A stretch of DNA of 64,000 bases from Coprothermobacterota bacterium (GCA_037440465.1 JBBIUB010000001.1:128001-192000); one strand, 5' to 3'. Counted from the first letter of the stretch, positions 10,305 to 20,580 are shown. Notes: generated by a model from the letters alone, not told the origin. Numbers and translations: made by a program.

Positions 10305-11846
10305 TTATAAAGGCATATTACCGTGTTTTCTCGGAGGTCTAAACTCTCTCTTATTTACAGCAACGAGAAGAGCCTGGCATAATCTCCAGCGTACATCTGT
10401 AGGTTCAAGAATATCATCTATGTATCCTCTCGCAGTAGCCACATAAGGGTTTGCGTATCTTGATTTATAATTTTCAATAAGAGAAGACCTTGTTTCTCCA
10501 GGGTTAGGGCTACCCTCTATTTCTTTCTTAAATATTATGTCAGCAGCTCCCTCTGGACCCATTACAGCAATCTCAGTAGTTGGTAATCCAAAAACATAAT
10601 CCCCTCCCAGATGTCTACTACTCATAGCAATATATGCTCCACCATAAGCCTTTCTCACTATTAAAGTTATCTTAGGTACCGTTGCTTCAGAATATGCATA
10701 TAAAAGTTTAGCTCCATGTCTAACTATTCCCCCATATTCCTGCATTCTTCCAGGCATATAACCTGGAACGTCAACTAAAGTAAGAAGAGGAATGTTAAAG
10801 GAATCGCAAAACCGAACAAATCGCGAAGCTTTATCAGATGAATCAATATCAAGAACACCAGCTAAGTATTGTGGTTGATTTGCAACAATTCCAACTACCC
10901 TACCACCAAGAGTACCAAAACCTATTACAAGGTTCGGGGCAAATGATTCTTGAATCTCAAAGAAATTCTTATTATCCAGTATTTCCTTAATAACTTCTTT
11001 CATATTGTATCCCTTTGTGGAGTCAACGGGAATAATCTCCTGTAAATACTGGGTTGACCTATCCAAAGGATCTGAGTTTTCTTTAGTAGGCGGGTCCTCA
11101 CTATTGTTAGAAGGTAAAAATGAAAGAAGTCTTCGGGTTAAAAGAAGAGCTTCTTTATCATCTGGAGCTACAAAATGGATGTTGCCACTGTGTTGAGCAT
11201 GAACCTCAGCACCACCAAGATCCTCAAGAGAGATTTCTTCTTGTGTTACTGTTTTTACAACTTGAGGACCTGTTATAAACATATAAGCAATTTTACTCAT
11301 AATCGTAAAATCTGTCAAAGCAGGTGAATATACAGCACCACCAGCGCAGGGCCCAAGGAGTACGGAAATCTGGGGTATAACACCAGAAGCAATAGTATTT
11401 CGATAAAAAATTTCTCCATATCCCTTTAAGGAATCAATTCCTTCCTGGATTCGTGCTCCACCAGAGTCATTGAGACCAACAAGAGGAACGCCATATTTTA
11501 AAGCGGCTTCCTGAACCTTCACAATCTTCTGGGCATGGGTTTCACCTAACGAGCCACCAGCGACAGTAAAATCCTGAGCAAAAACATAAACCAAACGACC
11601 ATCTATGGTACCGTATCCTGCAACGACACCGTCTCCAGGAAGTTCCTGCTTATCTAAACCAAAATCTGTTGCTCTATGCCTGGCGAATAAATCCTGTTCA
11701 ACAAAAGTTGTTTTATCAAGTAGTATCTCCAGGCGTTCACGAGCAGTTAGTTTCCCTTGTTGGTGGTGTTTTTTAATCCTTTCTTCTCCCCCTCCTAACT
11801 TAAGAGTCCTTTTGCGGTTCTTTAAGTCGTCAATCTTCTCCTCCAT
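10305..11846 (-). CDS. mmdA: Acyl-CoA carboxyltransferase (methylmalonyl-CoA decarboxylase alpha / PccB family)
   Basis: GKLTARER, DSGGARIQEG, GPCAGGAVYSPALTD, RKAYGGAY, KHGNMPL. Confidence 0.88.
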   Translation of the reverse strand: MEEKIDDLKNRKRTLKLGGGEERIKKHHQQGKLTARERLEILLDKTTFVEQDLFARHRATDFGLDKQELPGDGVVAGYGTIDGRLVYVFAQDFTVAGGSLGETHAQKIVKVQEAALKYGVPLVGLNDSGGARIQEGIDSLKGYGEIFYRNTIASGVIPQISVLLGPCAGGAVYSPALTDFTIMSKIAYMFITGPQVVKTVTQEEISLEDLGGAEVHAQHSGNIHFVAPDDKEALLLTRRLLSFLPSNNSEDPPTKENSDPLDRSTQYLQEIIPVDSTKGYNMKEVIKEILDNKNFFEIQESFAPNLVIGFGTLGGRVVGIVANQPQYLAGVLDIDSSDKASRFVRFCDSFNIPLLTLVDVPGYMPGRMQEYGGIVRHGAKLLYAYSEATVPKITLIVRKAYGGAYIAMSSRHLGGDYVFGLPTTEIAVMGPEGAADIIFKKEIEGSPNPGETRSSLIENYKSRYANPYVATARGYIDDILEPTDVRWRLCQALLVAVNKREFRPPRKHGNMPL

Positions 11847-11865
11847 ACTTCCTCCCTAATTATTA

Positions 11866-11968
11866 GTAATAAGTTAAGAGTAATGAGTAACGAGTTTAAA
11901 ATCCTTAAATCTCAAATCCTCAAATCCTGTTTTTATTACTCATCACCAGTCACTCGTTACAAGTCACA
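11866..11968. repeat. Inverted 7-nt-period array with an internal 8-nt-period stretch
   Basis: gtaataa..gtaatga gtaacga ... aaatcct units ... ttactca tcaccag tcactcg ttacaag tcac. Confidence 0.6.
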
Positions 11969-11983
11969 TATATAGGCGACAGA

Positions 11984-13798
11984 TCAACTTACCGGGACAA
12001 TTTGAATATTGGCTTCATATTTGTTAATAATATCGTCTAAATCACTTGCTTGAAGAACCTCTTTTTCTTTTAACTGATAGGCTACTTCCTCAGCTAAATT
12101 TTTCCTTTCTACTAATATTTCTTTCACTTTTTTATAGCACTCATCTACAATAGACCTAACTTCTGCATCAATTAGAGAAGCTATTTCTGCGCTTAACGCT
12201 TTTGCTTTTACAAGATCCCGACCCAGAAATACCATACCTTCCTTCTCTGCATAGTTTATGGGACCAAGTTGACTGCTCATCCCATACTCTACAACCATCC
12301 TATGAGCTATTTCAGTGGCTTGTTCAAGGTCATTCTCTGCGCCGGTCGTAATTTCATTAAGGATAATTTCCTCTGCTACTCTTCCACCAAGAAAAACAGA
12401 GATTTTCGCTAAAAGTTGTTCTCTTGTCATGATATAACGGTCTTCCGAAGGTAAAGGGATAGTATATCCAAGAGCCCTTCCTCTGGACACTACTGAGATA
12501 CGATGCACCGGATCAGCTTGCGGAATACACTTAGAAACTATGGCATGTCCTGTTTCATGAACAGCAATAATCAATTTCTCTCTTTCGCTTACAACTCTAT
12601 TCTTCTGAGGACCAGCAATTATTCTATCAACAGCTTCTTCTAATTCACTGGCATATATCATCTTCTTCCCGCGTCTGGCCGCTAAAAGAGCAGCCTCATT
12701 TAATAAATTACCAAGATCAGCACCGGAAAACCCTGGCGTACGTTTTGCAAGAGTCTCAAGGTTAACATCAGGTGCGAAAGGTTTCCCTTTGCTATGAACC
12801 TTTAAAATCTCCAAACGACCTTTAATGTCAGGTATATCAATCAACACCCTGCGGTCAAAACGACCTGGCCTTAGTAAAGCAGGATCTAAAATATCAGGCC
12901 TGTTAGTTGCAGCTATAACAATGACTCCAAGGTAAGGGTCAAAACCATCCATTTCAACAAGGAGTTGGTTCAAAGTCTGTTCTCTTTCATCATGGCCTCC
13001 TCCAATCCCCGCTCCTCTCTGACGACCTACAGCATCTATCTCATCAATAAAGATAATACATGGCGCTTGCTTCTTTGCTTGGTCAAAAAGATCTCTTACC
13101 CGAGAAGCTCCTACCCCTACGAATAATTCTACAAACTCAGAGCCACTTACCGTAAAAAATGGTACACTTGCTTCTCCAGCCACAGCTCGTGCTAACAGTG
13201 TTTTGCCACACCCTGGAGGCCCTATTAAAAGTACACCTTTTGGTATTTTAGCACCAAGAGTCTGGAATTTGCGTGGATCCCTTAAAAATTCTACGACTTC
13301 CTGAAGCTCCATCTTGGATTCCTCAACACCTGCAGCGTCTTTAAATGTTACCTTAGGCTTATTATCAAGGAATAGCTTGGCTTTGCTTCTTCCAAAAGAG
13401 AATGCTTGACTGTTGGCTCCTTGAAGCTGCCGGACGAAAAAAAAGACTAGAAAAATAAGGGCTGCCAATGGTAGAATATTAAAAAATATTGTCCCCAACC
13501 AGTCAGTACGCGGGGGTTTAGCAATAATATCAACATCATAACTTCTGATTCTCTCTACTGCTGCATCATCCAACCAGGGAACGTGAACTGAGTATTTTAT
13601 CCCTTCTTGTAGTGTCACTTTCAAGGTTTTATCTTCAATGACAACTGAACTTACCTTATTTTGGGATAATAATTCTTGAAATTCGGTATAGGAAATATCA
13701 GAAACTTTTGTATTTTGAGAATAGGATTGATAAAAACTCCACACCAGAATCCCTATTAATATCATAATAAAGAAGTATCTACTAAATTTAATATCCAT
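11984..13798 (-). CDS. ftsH: ATP-dependent zinc metalloprotease FtsH
   Basis: Two TMs, [37 protein letters not shown]. Confidence 0.97.
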   Translation of the reverse strand: MDIKFSRYFFIMILIGILVWSFYQSYSQNTKVSDISYTEFQELLSQNKVSSVVIEDKTLKVTLQEGIKYSVHVPWLDDAAVERIRSYDVDIIAKPPRTDWLGTIFFNILPLAALIFLVFFFVRQLQGANSQAFSFGRSKAKLFLDNKPKVTFKDAAGVEESKMELQEVVEFLRDPRKFQTLGAKIPKGVLLIGPPGCGKTLLARAVAGEASVPFFTVSGSEFVELFVGVGASRVRDLFDQAKKQAPCIIFIDEIDAVGRQRGAGIGGGHDEREQTLNQLLVEMDGFDPYLGVIVIAATNRPDILDPALLRPGRFDRRVLIDIPDIKGRLEILKVHSKGKPFAPDVNLETLAKRTPGFSGADLGNLLNEAALLAARRGKKMIYASELEEAVDRIIAGPQKNRVVSEREKLIIAVHETGHAIVSKCIPQADPVHRISVVSRGRALGYTIPLPSEDRYIMTREQLLAKISVFLGGRVAEEIILNEITTGAENDLEQATEIAHRMVVEYGMSSQLGPINYAEKEGMVFLGRDLVKAKALSAEIASLIDAEVRSIVDECYKKVKEILVERKNLAEEVAYQLKEKEVLQASDLDDIINKYEANIQIVPVS

Positions 13799-13816
13799 AT
13801 TTTATTATAGCACCTG

Positions 13817-14353
13817 TTATAAATAAAGTTCTTCCTTGAGTACTCCTACAAACGGAAGGTTCCTATGTTTCCCACCAAAATCGAGTCCATACCCCACTAC
13901 AAATTTATTCGGTATGGAAAAACCTATGTACTCTACATTAACTTCTACTTTACGCCTTTCTTTCTTATCAAGAAGTACACAAGTCCTTAAACTTTTTGGA
14001 TTCCTTGAAGTCAATAACTCTTGAATATATTTAAGTGTCAATCCAGTATCTACAATGTCCTCTATAAGTAAAACATTCTTGTCTTCGACAGGCTCATCCA
14101 AATCTTTAATAATACGAACTACTCCAGAGGATTCTGTAGCCTTTCCATAGCTGGAAACTCCAATAAAATCTATTGTCACGGGAATCTCAAGTTTTCGTAT
14201 AAGGTCAGATGCAAAAATTGTAGCTCCCTTCAGCACAGATACTGTGTGGATAGTTTCGCCTTTGTAATCCTTGCTAATCTCTTTAGCCAGTTCTTCTACC
14301 CTAGCCTGAAGCACTTCTTCACTAATTAATACCTCTTCTATAAGATTTCCCAT
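13817..14353 (-). CDS. hpt: Hypoxanthine phosphoribosyltransferase
   Basis: VLKGA, LLIEDIVDTGLT, FVVGYGLD; tilS-hpt-ftsH synteny. Confidence 0.96.
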   Translation of the reverse strand: MGNLIEEVLISEEVLQARVEELAKEISKDYKGETIHTVSVLKGATIFASDLIRKLEIPVTIDFIGVSSYGKATESSGVVRIIKDLDEPVEDKNVLLIEDIVDTGLTLKYIQELLTSRNPKSLRTCVLLDKKERRKVEVNVEYIGFSIPNKFVVGYGLDFGGKHRNLPFVGVLKEELYL

Positions 14354-14435
14354 TTTACATCCTCCATGTTAATTATTTTTAGATAATCTTTCTTATTTAT
14401 TAATTTAGTGGGTCATTCTCCTATTAAGTTGCGTA

Positions 14436-15824
14436 TTATAGCTTAAGGATTCCCTTTTCTTTAACTGTTATGAGAATCCCTTCTTCCCCGACACCAACTT
14501 GGGCTTTATCAACGCCTATTATCCAAAAAACTCTTTCGTTATCCGCTAATACAGGTATGGCTTCCCTTTTATCTCTTTCAATTTTTTTATCAATCATTAT
14601 ATCCTGTATTTTCCTGGTATGACCTTGTATTCTTCTAAGACTTATCTTATCTCCGGGTAATCTTGATCTTACAATTAATGGATAACGATAGCTATTTAAG
14701 GGAAGAAATATCTCATTATCTCTTTCTTCTACTGGTTTTTTTGCATATTCTACTTTCAAAGTTACGCCAGATTCATCAATACGAGTGATCCCGGGTATAG
14801 CTAGAGTGTAATTAAAACTACACTTATCTGGCAAATCCTTTACTTCTACAAGTAAGGGTGAAATAGGTAATATTAAAAATTGTCCTTCTTTTTTGGCAAT
14901 ATAGCCAGTTTTAAGGTCTACTTCAACATCTTTACTTCTAGTTGTGATACTTAGTACTCTGTGTATCATATCTCTGCTTGCTTTAATGTCTAAATCTTCA
15001 AGAATAGTAAGAATTAATCTTTTCTTTAAAACTGAAGGAATACCACTGAAAAGGGAAAGGTCTACCCTCCAAAAACTGCCTACTTTTTTAGCAATTTTTT
15101 CTAAAATACCTTTTACGATATTTTCCATAAAGTAATCTACCTCTTTAGCATCTTCGGCTATAGAAAATAAGTGCTCTTTAAAACCTGGGTTGATTTTTAG
15201 TAATTCTGGAAAAATCTGGAGACGGACCTTATTTCTTATATACTGCATATCAAAATTGCAGGAATCTACTACAAAAGGAATTCCTTTCACGCTTGCATAT
15301 TCTAAAATCTCGTTGCGATAGAATGGTAAAAGAGGTCTAAATAAATCCTCTTTGAGAATCTCCATTGCCTTAAGACCCCTGATACCTACTCCAGTAAGTA
15401 ATCTATAAAATACAGTTTCCACCTGATCATCAGCATTATGTGCGGTCACAATATAACCTTCCCCTAATGAATCAAGACAGTCTCTTAAACCTTTATATCT
15501 CAATATTCTCCCTGCTTCTTCGGGGGATATCTTTTTTTTATTAACGAAATCTTTTACAGACTTTTTCTCTACAATCAAAGGAATAGACCACTCCCTGGTT
15601 ACCTTTTGAAGAAAAATAACATCTCTGTCTGCATCTTCTCTCATTCCGTGATGAAGATGATAAGCATAAAGGTTAAAACAAAATTCCTGAGCTACCTCTT
15701 TAAGAAGATAAGTAAGAACCATAGAATCCACTCCTCCTGATAATCCAATTAGTAAAAGACAACCATTAGAAGGTAGTGTCAAGGATGAAATTATTTTCTT
15801 TAATTTGGGAATTGGGTTTAACAT
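14436..15824 (-). CDS. tilS: tRNA(Ile)-lysidine synthetase
   Basis: PP-loop SGGVDS, TAHNADDQVET, RPLL, YIRNKVR. Confidence 0.95.
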   Translation of the reverse strand: MLNPIPKLKKIISSLTLPSNGCLLLIGLSGGVDSMVLTYLLKEVAQEFCFNLYAYHLHHGMREDADRDVIFLQKVTREWSIPLIVEKKSVKDFVNKKKISPEEAGRILRYKGLRDCLDSLGEGYIVTAHNADDQVETVFYRLLTGVGIRGLKAMEILKEDLFRPLLPFYRNEILEYASVKGIPFVVDSCNFDMQYIRNKVRLQIFPELLKINPGFKEHLFSIAEDAKEVDYFMENIVKGILEKIAKKVGSFWRVDLSLFSGIPSVLKKRLILTILEDLDIKASRDMIHRVLSITTRSKDVEVDLKTGYIAKKEGQFLILPISPLLVEVKDLPDKCSFNYTLAIPGITRIDESGVTLKVEYAKKPVEERDNEIFLPLNSYRYPLIVRSRLPGDKISLRRIQGHTRKIQDIMIDKKIERDKREAIPVLADNERVFWIIGVDKAQVGVGEEGILITVKEKGILKL

Positions 15825-15832
15825 ATTAGTAG

Positions 15833-15906
15833 TGGCGGCGCAGGGATTCGAACCCCGGACACTACGGGTATGAGCCGTATGCTCTAACCAACTGAGCTAC
15901 ACCGCC
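15833..15906 (-). tRNA. tRNA-Met(CAT), probably elongator; CCA not encoded
   Basis: GGCGGTGTAGCTCAGTTGG...tacgg CTCATAC ccgta...GTTCGAATC...CGCCGCCA; G4-C69/G5-C68 pairs resemble Met-e rather than Ile2. Confidence 0.9.
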
Positions 15907-15925
15907 CTGCGCAACTAATAATAAA

Positions 15926-16002
15926 TGGTAGCGGGGGAAGGATTTGAACCTTCGACCTCCGGGTTATGAGCCCGGCGAGCTACCTGGCTGCTCCACCCCG
16001 CG
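15926..16002 (-). tRNA. Initiator tRNA-fMet(CAT)
   Basis: CGCGGGG 5' end with C1:A72 mismatch, three G-C pairs in the anticodon stem, encoded CCA. Confidence 0.95.
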
Positions 16003-16012
16003 ATAACTATTT

Positions 16013-16042
16013 ATTATACCCTTAAAAATAGGATCTTGTCAA
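16013..16042 (-). promoter_or_regulatory. sigma70 promoter for tRNA-fMet/tRNA-Met/tilS
   Basis: TTGACA-18 nt-TATAAT about 10 nt upstream of tRNA-fMet. Confidence 0.8.
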
Positions 16043-16051
16043 TTAAAGTAT

Positions 16052-17008
16052 TTAAGAATCCCTGACAATCCAGGTTCCTGTCTCATTTCTTAAAGCGGAT
16101 ATCAGAGAATCAGGAGAAGCTATAAGCACCTTTCCATTTATTTTTTCGAGGTACTTTATGGACGCCAAAATTTTAGGGCCCATGCTCCCCGCTGGAAAAT
16201 GCCCTTCATTATAATACCTCTTGGCTTCAAATAGAGTCATTTTACTTATCTTCTTCTCATTATCTTTGCCGAAGTTTAAAGCTACTTGAGAAACGCCTGT
16301 TAGAATTATAAACAAACCAGCTCCGAGTTCTTCAGCTAAAAGAGCAGAGCCTAAATCTTTATCAATAACTGCCTCCACACCTATTAATTTTCCACCATCA
16401 TTACATACAGGTATTCCCCCACCACCAACAGCAACAACAAGGTGACCTCTTTCAGTTAGATCCTCGATGGCTCTGTATTCTATTATCTCACGGGGTATTG
16501 GTGAAGGTACAATCCTTCTCCATCCACGTCCTGAATCTTCCTTAACAACCCAACCTTTTTCTTTACTCAACTTGCAGGCTTCCTCTTCAGAATAGAAAAG
16601 ACCAACATATTTTGTAGGATTTTTAAAGGCTGGATCTTCCTTATCTACTAAGGTTCGTGTTACAACAGAAACAACAGATCGATTAACTCCAGCTTGATTC
16701 AAGGCTTCCTGAAGTGGTTGGATCATCATATATCCTATACTTCCCTGAGTTTCTGCACCACACACATCCAATGTATGGGGAGGGACTGCATGTTGACTAA
16801 GCTCCGAACGCAAAAGGGTATTTCCAACCTGGGGACCGTTGCCATGGGTTATTACGATATTCAGATCCTCTCTCATCAGAAATGGGAGAAGATGCTTTAC
16901 TGTCTCTTTTATGTTTTTGTATTGTTCTTCAACAGTACCTTTTTCGCCAGTTCGCAAAATAGCATTTCCACCGAGTGCTATCACTATGAACTCTTTACCG
17001 TTTCTCAA
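16052..17008 (-). CDS. arcC: Carbamate kinase
   Basis: VIALGGNA, THGNGPQVG, GGGGIPV, EAVIDKD, GSMGPK. Confidence 0.96.
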   Translation of the reverse strand: MRNGKEFIVIALGGNAILRTGEKGTVEEQYKNIKETVKHLLPFLMREDLNIVITHGNGPQVGNTLLRSELSQHAVPPHTLDVCGAETQGSIGYMMIQPLQEALNQAGVNRSVVSVVTRTLVDKEDPAFKNPTKYVGLFYSEEEACKLSKEKGWVVKEDSGRGWRRIVPSPIPREIIEYRAIEDLTERGHLVVAVGGGGIPVCNDGGKLIGVEAVIDKDLGSALLAEELGAGLFIILTGVSQVALNFGKDNEKKISKMTLFEAKRYYNEGHFPAGSMGPKILASIKYLEKINGKVLIASPDSLISALRNETGTWIVRDS

Positions 17009-17017
17009 TTTAGACTC

Positions 17018-17944
17018 CTAAAGTAAAAGAGCCAGGATGGCTTTCTGAGCGTGCAGCCTATTTTCAGCTTGGTCAAAAACCACTGATTGAGGTCCATCCA
17101 TTACCTCGTTGGTTATCTCTTCTCCTCTGTGTGCGGGTAGGCAGTGTAACACAACAGCTTCAGGAGAAGCAAAGTTTAGAAGTGAAGAATTAACTTGATA
17201 AGGTATAAAGACCTTCTTCCTCTCTATAGCCTCCTCTTCTTGCCCCATACTGGCCCAAACATCTGAATATACTACATCTGCTTTCTCTATAGCTTCTTCA
17301 GGATTGGAAACTACCTTGATGGTGCCACCACTCTTCAAAGCTTCCGCCTGAGCCATTTCTACGACAAAAGCTGATGGTTCATAGTAAGGAGGCGAAGCTA
17401 CTCTTATATGCATTCCCACCTTGGCTCCACCAAGAAGAAGGGCGTTACACACATTGTTTCCATCACCTATATAAGCCATGGTCACCCCCTTAAGACTTCC
17501 CTTCTTCTCCTTGACAGTCATAAGATCTCCAAGAACCTGGCAGGGGTGATATAGGTCAGATAAACCATTTATCACTGGTATAGAAGCATATTCAGCTAAC
17601 TCCTCAAGAGTCTTATGAGAATAGACTCTTGCCATTATACCGTTTAAATAACGAGAAAGTGTGCGAGCTGTGTCTGCAATGGTTTCTCCTCTTTTAAGCT
17701 GAAGATCTTGAGCTCCGAGATAAAGGGCATGGCCTCCAAGCTCATACATAGCAACTTCAAAAGAGACCCTGGTGCGAGTTGAGGGTTTCTCAAAAATCAT
17801 ACCGAGAGTCTTACCCTGCAAAGAATTATGAATTATATTGCTTCTCTTCATCCTTTTCAACATAAACCCTGTTTCTAAAATTTCTTCTATCTCTTCTAAG
17901 GATAAATCTCCCAGGCTTAATAGGTCTCTTCCCCTAAGATTCAT
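17018..17944 (-). CDS. arcB: Ornithine carbamoyltransferase (catabolic context)
   Basis: STRTR, HPCQ, DVWASMG, HCLP, QAENRLH. Confidence 0.93.
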   Translation of the reverse strand: MNLRGRDLLSLGDLSLEEIEEILETGFMLKRMKRSNIIHNSLQGKTLGMIFEKPSTRTRVSFEVAMYELGGHALYLGAQDLQLKRGETIADTARTLSRYLNGIMARVYSHKTLEELAEYASIPVINGLSDLYHPCQVLGDLMTVKEKKGSLKGVTMAYIGDGNNVCNALLLGGAKVGMHIRVASPPYYEPSAFVVEMAQAEALKSGGTIKVVSNPEEAIEKADVVYSDVWASMGQEEEAIERKKVFIPYQVNSSLLNFASPEAVVLHCLPAHRGEEITNEVMDGPQSVVFDQAENRLHAQKAILALLL

Positions 17945-19287
17945 GCTTCCACCTCCTTTTCCTTGATTATATGAGGAATTCTCTCTTTAAGAATGGAGCT
18001 CAGGGTAGGCTCCCCAATCTCTTGAAGCTCGTAAGTCACACGGACCGCTGGCTTATTTAGTTTTACTAGCCTTCGTAAATCTATGGGTGTAGCTACAATT
18101 ACCAAATCAGCTGGAATTTGATTAAGGGTCTCTTCCATCTCCTTTATCTGGTTCTCGCTATAACCCATAGCTGGTAGAACATCTTCAGTTTGAGTATAGC
18201 GGGTAAAGGTACCTTTAATGGTTCCTACTGCATAAGGTTTTGGGCTAATAATTTCAGATGCCCCATATTTCAGAGCTGCAACATAGCCAGCGCCATACGC
18301 CATCTCTCCATGAGTTAAAGTAGGACCATCTTCAACTATCACTACTTTCTTTCCTCTTATCTTCCCCCCTTCCTCTACATATATAGGAGAAGCAGCTTCA
18401 ACTATAATTGCCCGGGGATTAAACTTACGGGCACTAACCCTTACCTTATTCACATTATCAAGAGAAGCTGTATCAAGCTTATTTATAACTAAAACATCGG
18501 CTGATCTCAGATTGGTCTCACCTGGGTGATAACCAATCTCATGACTGGCCCTCAGCGGATCAAGAACCACTATACTTAAATCACTCTTATAGAATGAAAA
18601 GTCATTATTTCCACCATCCCACACAACCACATCTGCTTCTCGCTGAGCAGATTCCAGAATATCGCCGTAGTCAACACCAGCATATACAATCATTCCCTTA
18701 ATAATATGAGGTTCATACTCTTCCATCTCTTCTATGGTGCATTTGTGCTTTTCAAGGTCAGCAATGGTCTCAAATCTCTGTACTCTCTGGATGGCAAGGT
18801 CACCATAGGGCATGGGGTGCCTGACAACAACCACTTTGAGTCCCATCTCCTTTAAAATGCCGGCAACCCTTCTGGTAGTCTGACTCTTACCTGCCCCAGT
18901 TCTAATAGCCCCTACAGAAACTACCGGTTTTCTTGCTGCGATCTGGGTGCTACCTGGCCCTAAAAGCCAGAAATCTGCTCCTGAAGCAAGAGTAAGAGAT
19001 GCCTTGTGCATAACATATTCGTGAGAAACATCGCTATAAGAAAAAACTATTACTTTTACACCCAGTTCTTTAATTAAACGGGTAAGCTCTTCTTCAGCAT
19101 ATATAGGAATACCCATTGGATATAATTTACCAGACAGAGATGAAGGATACTTCCTGCCCTCTATATCGGGAATCTGAGTGGCTGTAAAAGCAATAACTTC
19201 ATACTTCTCATTATCTCTGAAAAAAACATTGAAATTATGAAAATCACGTCCAGCTGCTCCCATAATGAGCACTTTGATTCTTCCCAT
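17941..19287 (-). CDS. arcE: Arginine synthetase-like P-loop enzyme (often annotated cDPG-synthase-like/GTPase)
   Basis: MGAAGRDFHNFN, RTGAGKSQT, RHPMPYG, WDGGNND, EDGPTLTHG; overlaps the OTC gene and is followed by carbamate kinase. Confidence 0.8.
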   Translation of the reverse strand: MGRIKVLIMGAAGRDFHNFNVFFRDNEKYEVIAFTATQIPDIEGRKYPSSLSGKLYPMGIPIYAEEELTRLIKELGVKVIVFSYSDVSHEYVMHKASLTLASGADFWLLGPGSTQIAARKPVVSVGAIRTGAGKSQTTRRVAGILKEMGLKVVVVRHPMPYGDLAIQRVQRFETIADLEKHKCTIEEMEEYEPHIIKGMIVYAGVDYGDILESAQREADVVVWDGGNNDFSFYKSDLSIVVLDPLRASHEIGYHPGETNLRSADVLVINKLDTASLDNVNKVRVSARKFNPRAIIVEAASPIYVEEGGKIRGKKVVIVEDGPTLTHGEMAYGAGYVAALKYGASEIISPKPYAVGTIKGTFTRYTQTEDVLPAMGYSENQIKEMEETLNQIPADLVIVATPIDLRRLVKLNKPAVRVTYELQEIGEPTLSSILKERIPHIIKEKEVEA

Positions 19288-19310
19288 GTTGAGACCCCCT
19301 TAATTGAAAA

Positions 19311-19709
19311 TTATCTCTTTCTATACTGACGATCTTTACGAGCTCGATGAAGACCAAATTTCTTTCTTTCTTTCTCACGTGGGTCTCTGGTTAATAACCC
19401 TTCTTTTCTTAAAACTGGCTTGAGCTCGGGGTCAAGATTAACAATAGCTCTTGCAATTCCCAAACTTAAAGCTCCAGCCTGCCCTGAAATACCTCCTCCC
19501 CCGACCCGAGCAGAAATATCCAGTAGAGAAAGTGTATTCGTAACAATGAGAGGCTTAGTTACACGCAATTCTAAGGATTTCCTCTCCTGAAGAAGTTCCA
19601 ATAATGATTTTCCATTAACCACTATATTTCCAGTACCTTTTCTCGCCAAAATCACAGCCACAGCCCTTTTTCTTCGACCAGTAGCTTGAATTGTTGTAAT
19701 TGGAATCAT
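19311..19709 (-). CDS. rpsI: 30S ribosomal protein S9
   Basis: TGRRKRAVA, GGGISGQAGA, LLTRDPREKERKK. Confidence 0.97.
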   Translation of the reverse strand: MIPITTIQATGRRKRAVAVILARKGTGNIVVNGKSLLELLQERKSLELRVTKPLIVTNTLSLLDISARVGGGGISGQAGALSLGIARAIVNLDPELKPVLRKEGLLTRDPREKERKKFGLHRARKDRQYRKR

Positions 19710-20164
19710 GCCTCTTCCCTCTCTTTTACAATATCAATTAACTTCGGTTCCTGTGCAGAATGAGGATGCAAAGGACCCGAATAAACTTTAAGCCTTTTAT
19801 ACATCTTCCTACCAAGTGTTGTTTTTGGAAGCATAAGGCGCACTGCTTTTTCTAAAACCCTCTCAGGGAAATTTTCTAATACCTTGGAAAGAGGGGTCGC
19901 TTTTAAACCCCCCTGGTAACCAGAATAGTGGTAGTATTTCTTTTGAGCCAACTTCTTTCCGGTTATTTTTATATCTTTAGCATTGATAACTATAACAAAA
20001 CTACCCATATCAACATGCGGTGTAAACTCTACTTTATTCTTTCCCTGAAGATAGCGACTAATTTGAGATGCCAGCCTTCCAAGAATCTTACCCTTAGCAT
20101 CAACAAGATGCCAGTCTCTTTTTACCTCTTTAATATTTATAAACCTTGTTTTAGTAGTTTCCAT
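19706..20164 (-). CDS. rplM: 50S ribosomal protein L13
   Basis: WHLVDA, LGRLAS, FTPHVD, YSGYQGGLK, HPHSAQ. Confidence 0.97.
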   Translation of the reverse strand: METTKTRFINIKEVKRDWHLVDAKGKILGRLASQISRYLQGKNKVEFTPHVDMGSFVIVINAKDIKITGKKLAQKKYYHYSGYQGGLKATPLSKVLENFPERVLEKAVRLMLPKTTLGRKMYKRLKVYSGPLHPHSAQEPKLIDIVKEREEA

Positions 20165-20206
20165 TTCTTAAATGGTCTTATGCCTCCTTAAAAATAACTA
20201 AAAAAC

Positions 20207-20235
20207 ATTCTAAAACAAACCCCTCTCTTTGTCAA
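20207..20235 (-). promoter_or_regulatory. sigma70 promoter of rplM operon
   Basis: TTGACA-17 nt-TAGAAT. Confidence 0.75.
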
Positions 20236-20373
20236 GCACGGTGTTTGTTCTCAAATAATTATTAAATATAATATTTATCATAATAATTATACACTATCTT
20301 CTCATTAAGGGTACATATTTTACTTACCTATATCGGATAGGATATCTATTCCCGTCAAACTGAATTTATTTTA

Positions 20374-20424
20374 TGAGACCCTGAAACAATCCTGAATAGA
20401 TTTTAGGACAGGGCCCAAGGTGAC
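20374..20424. repeat. REP-like palindrome family A (nested form)
   Basis: tgagaccctgaaac-[aatcctgaatagattttaggacaggg]-cccaaggtgac. Confidence 0.65.
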
Positions 20425-20472
20425 CCCCCACCCCACTCTCCCTCTACGAAGGGGAGGATTAAGGAGGGGGTG
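20424..20472. repeat. C-rich/G-rich palindrome family B
   Basis: ccccccacccca-ctctccctctacgaaggggag-gattaaggaggggg; related to 32744-32818. Confidence 0.55.
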
Positions 20473-20551
20473 ACAAAACTGAAATGCTTTTCAGCTTTTT
20501 CAAATAAAAACTCCTCTTTTGAATTTTACTTAATATGGATTATAAAAAGTC

Positions 20552-20580
20552 TTGACATTTATAAATATTATTATTATAAT
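20552..20580 (+). promoter_or_regulatory. Consensus sigma70 promoter of the FabH-like operon
   Basis: TTGACA-17 nt-TATAAT exact; AAGGAG SD before ATG 20615. Confidence 0.85.
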
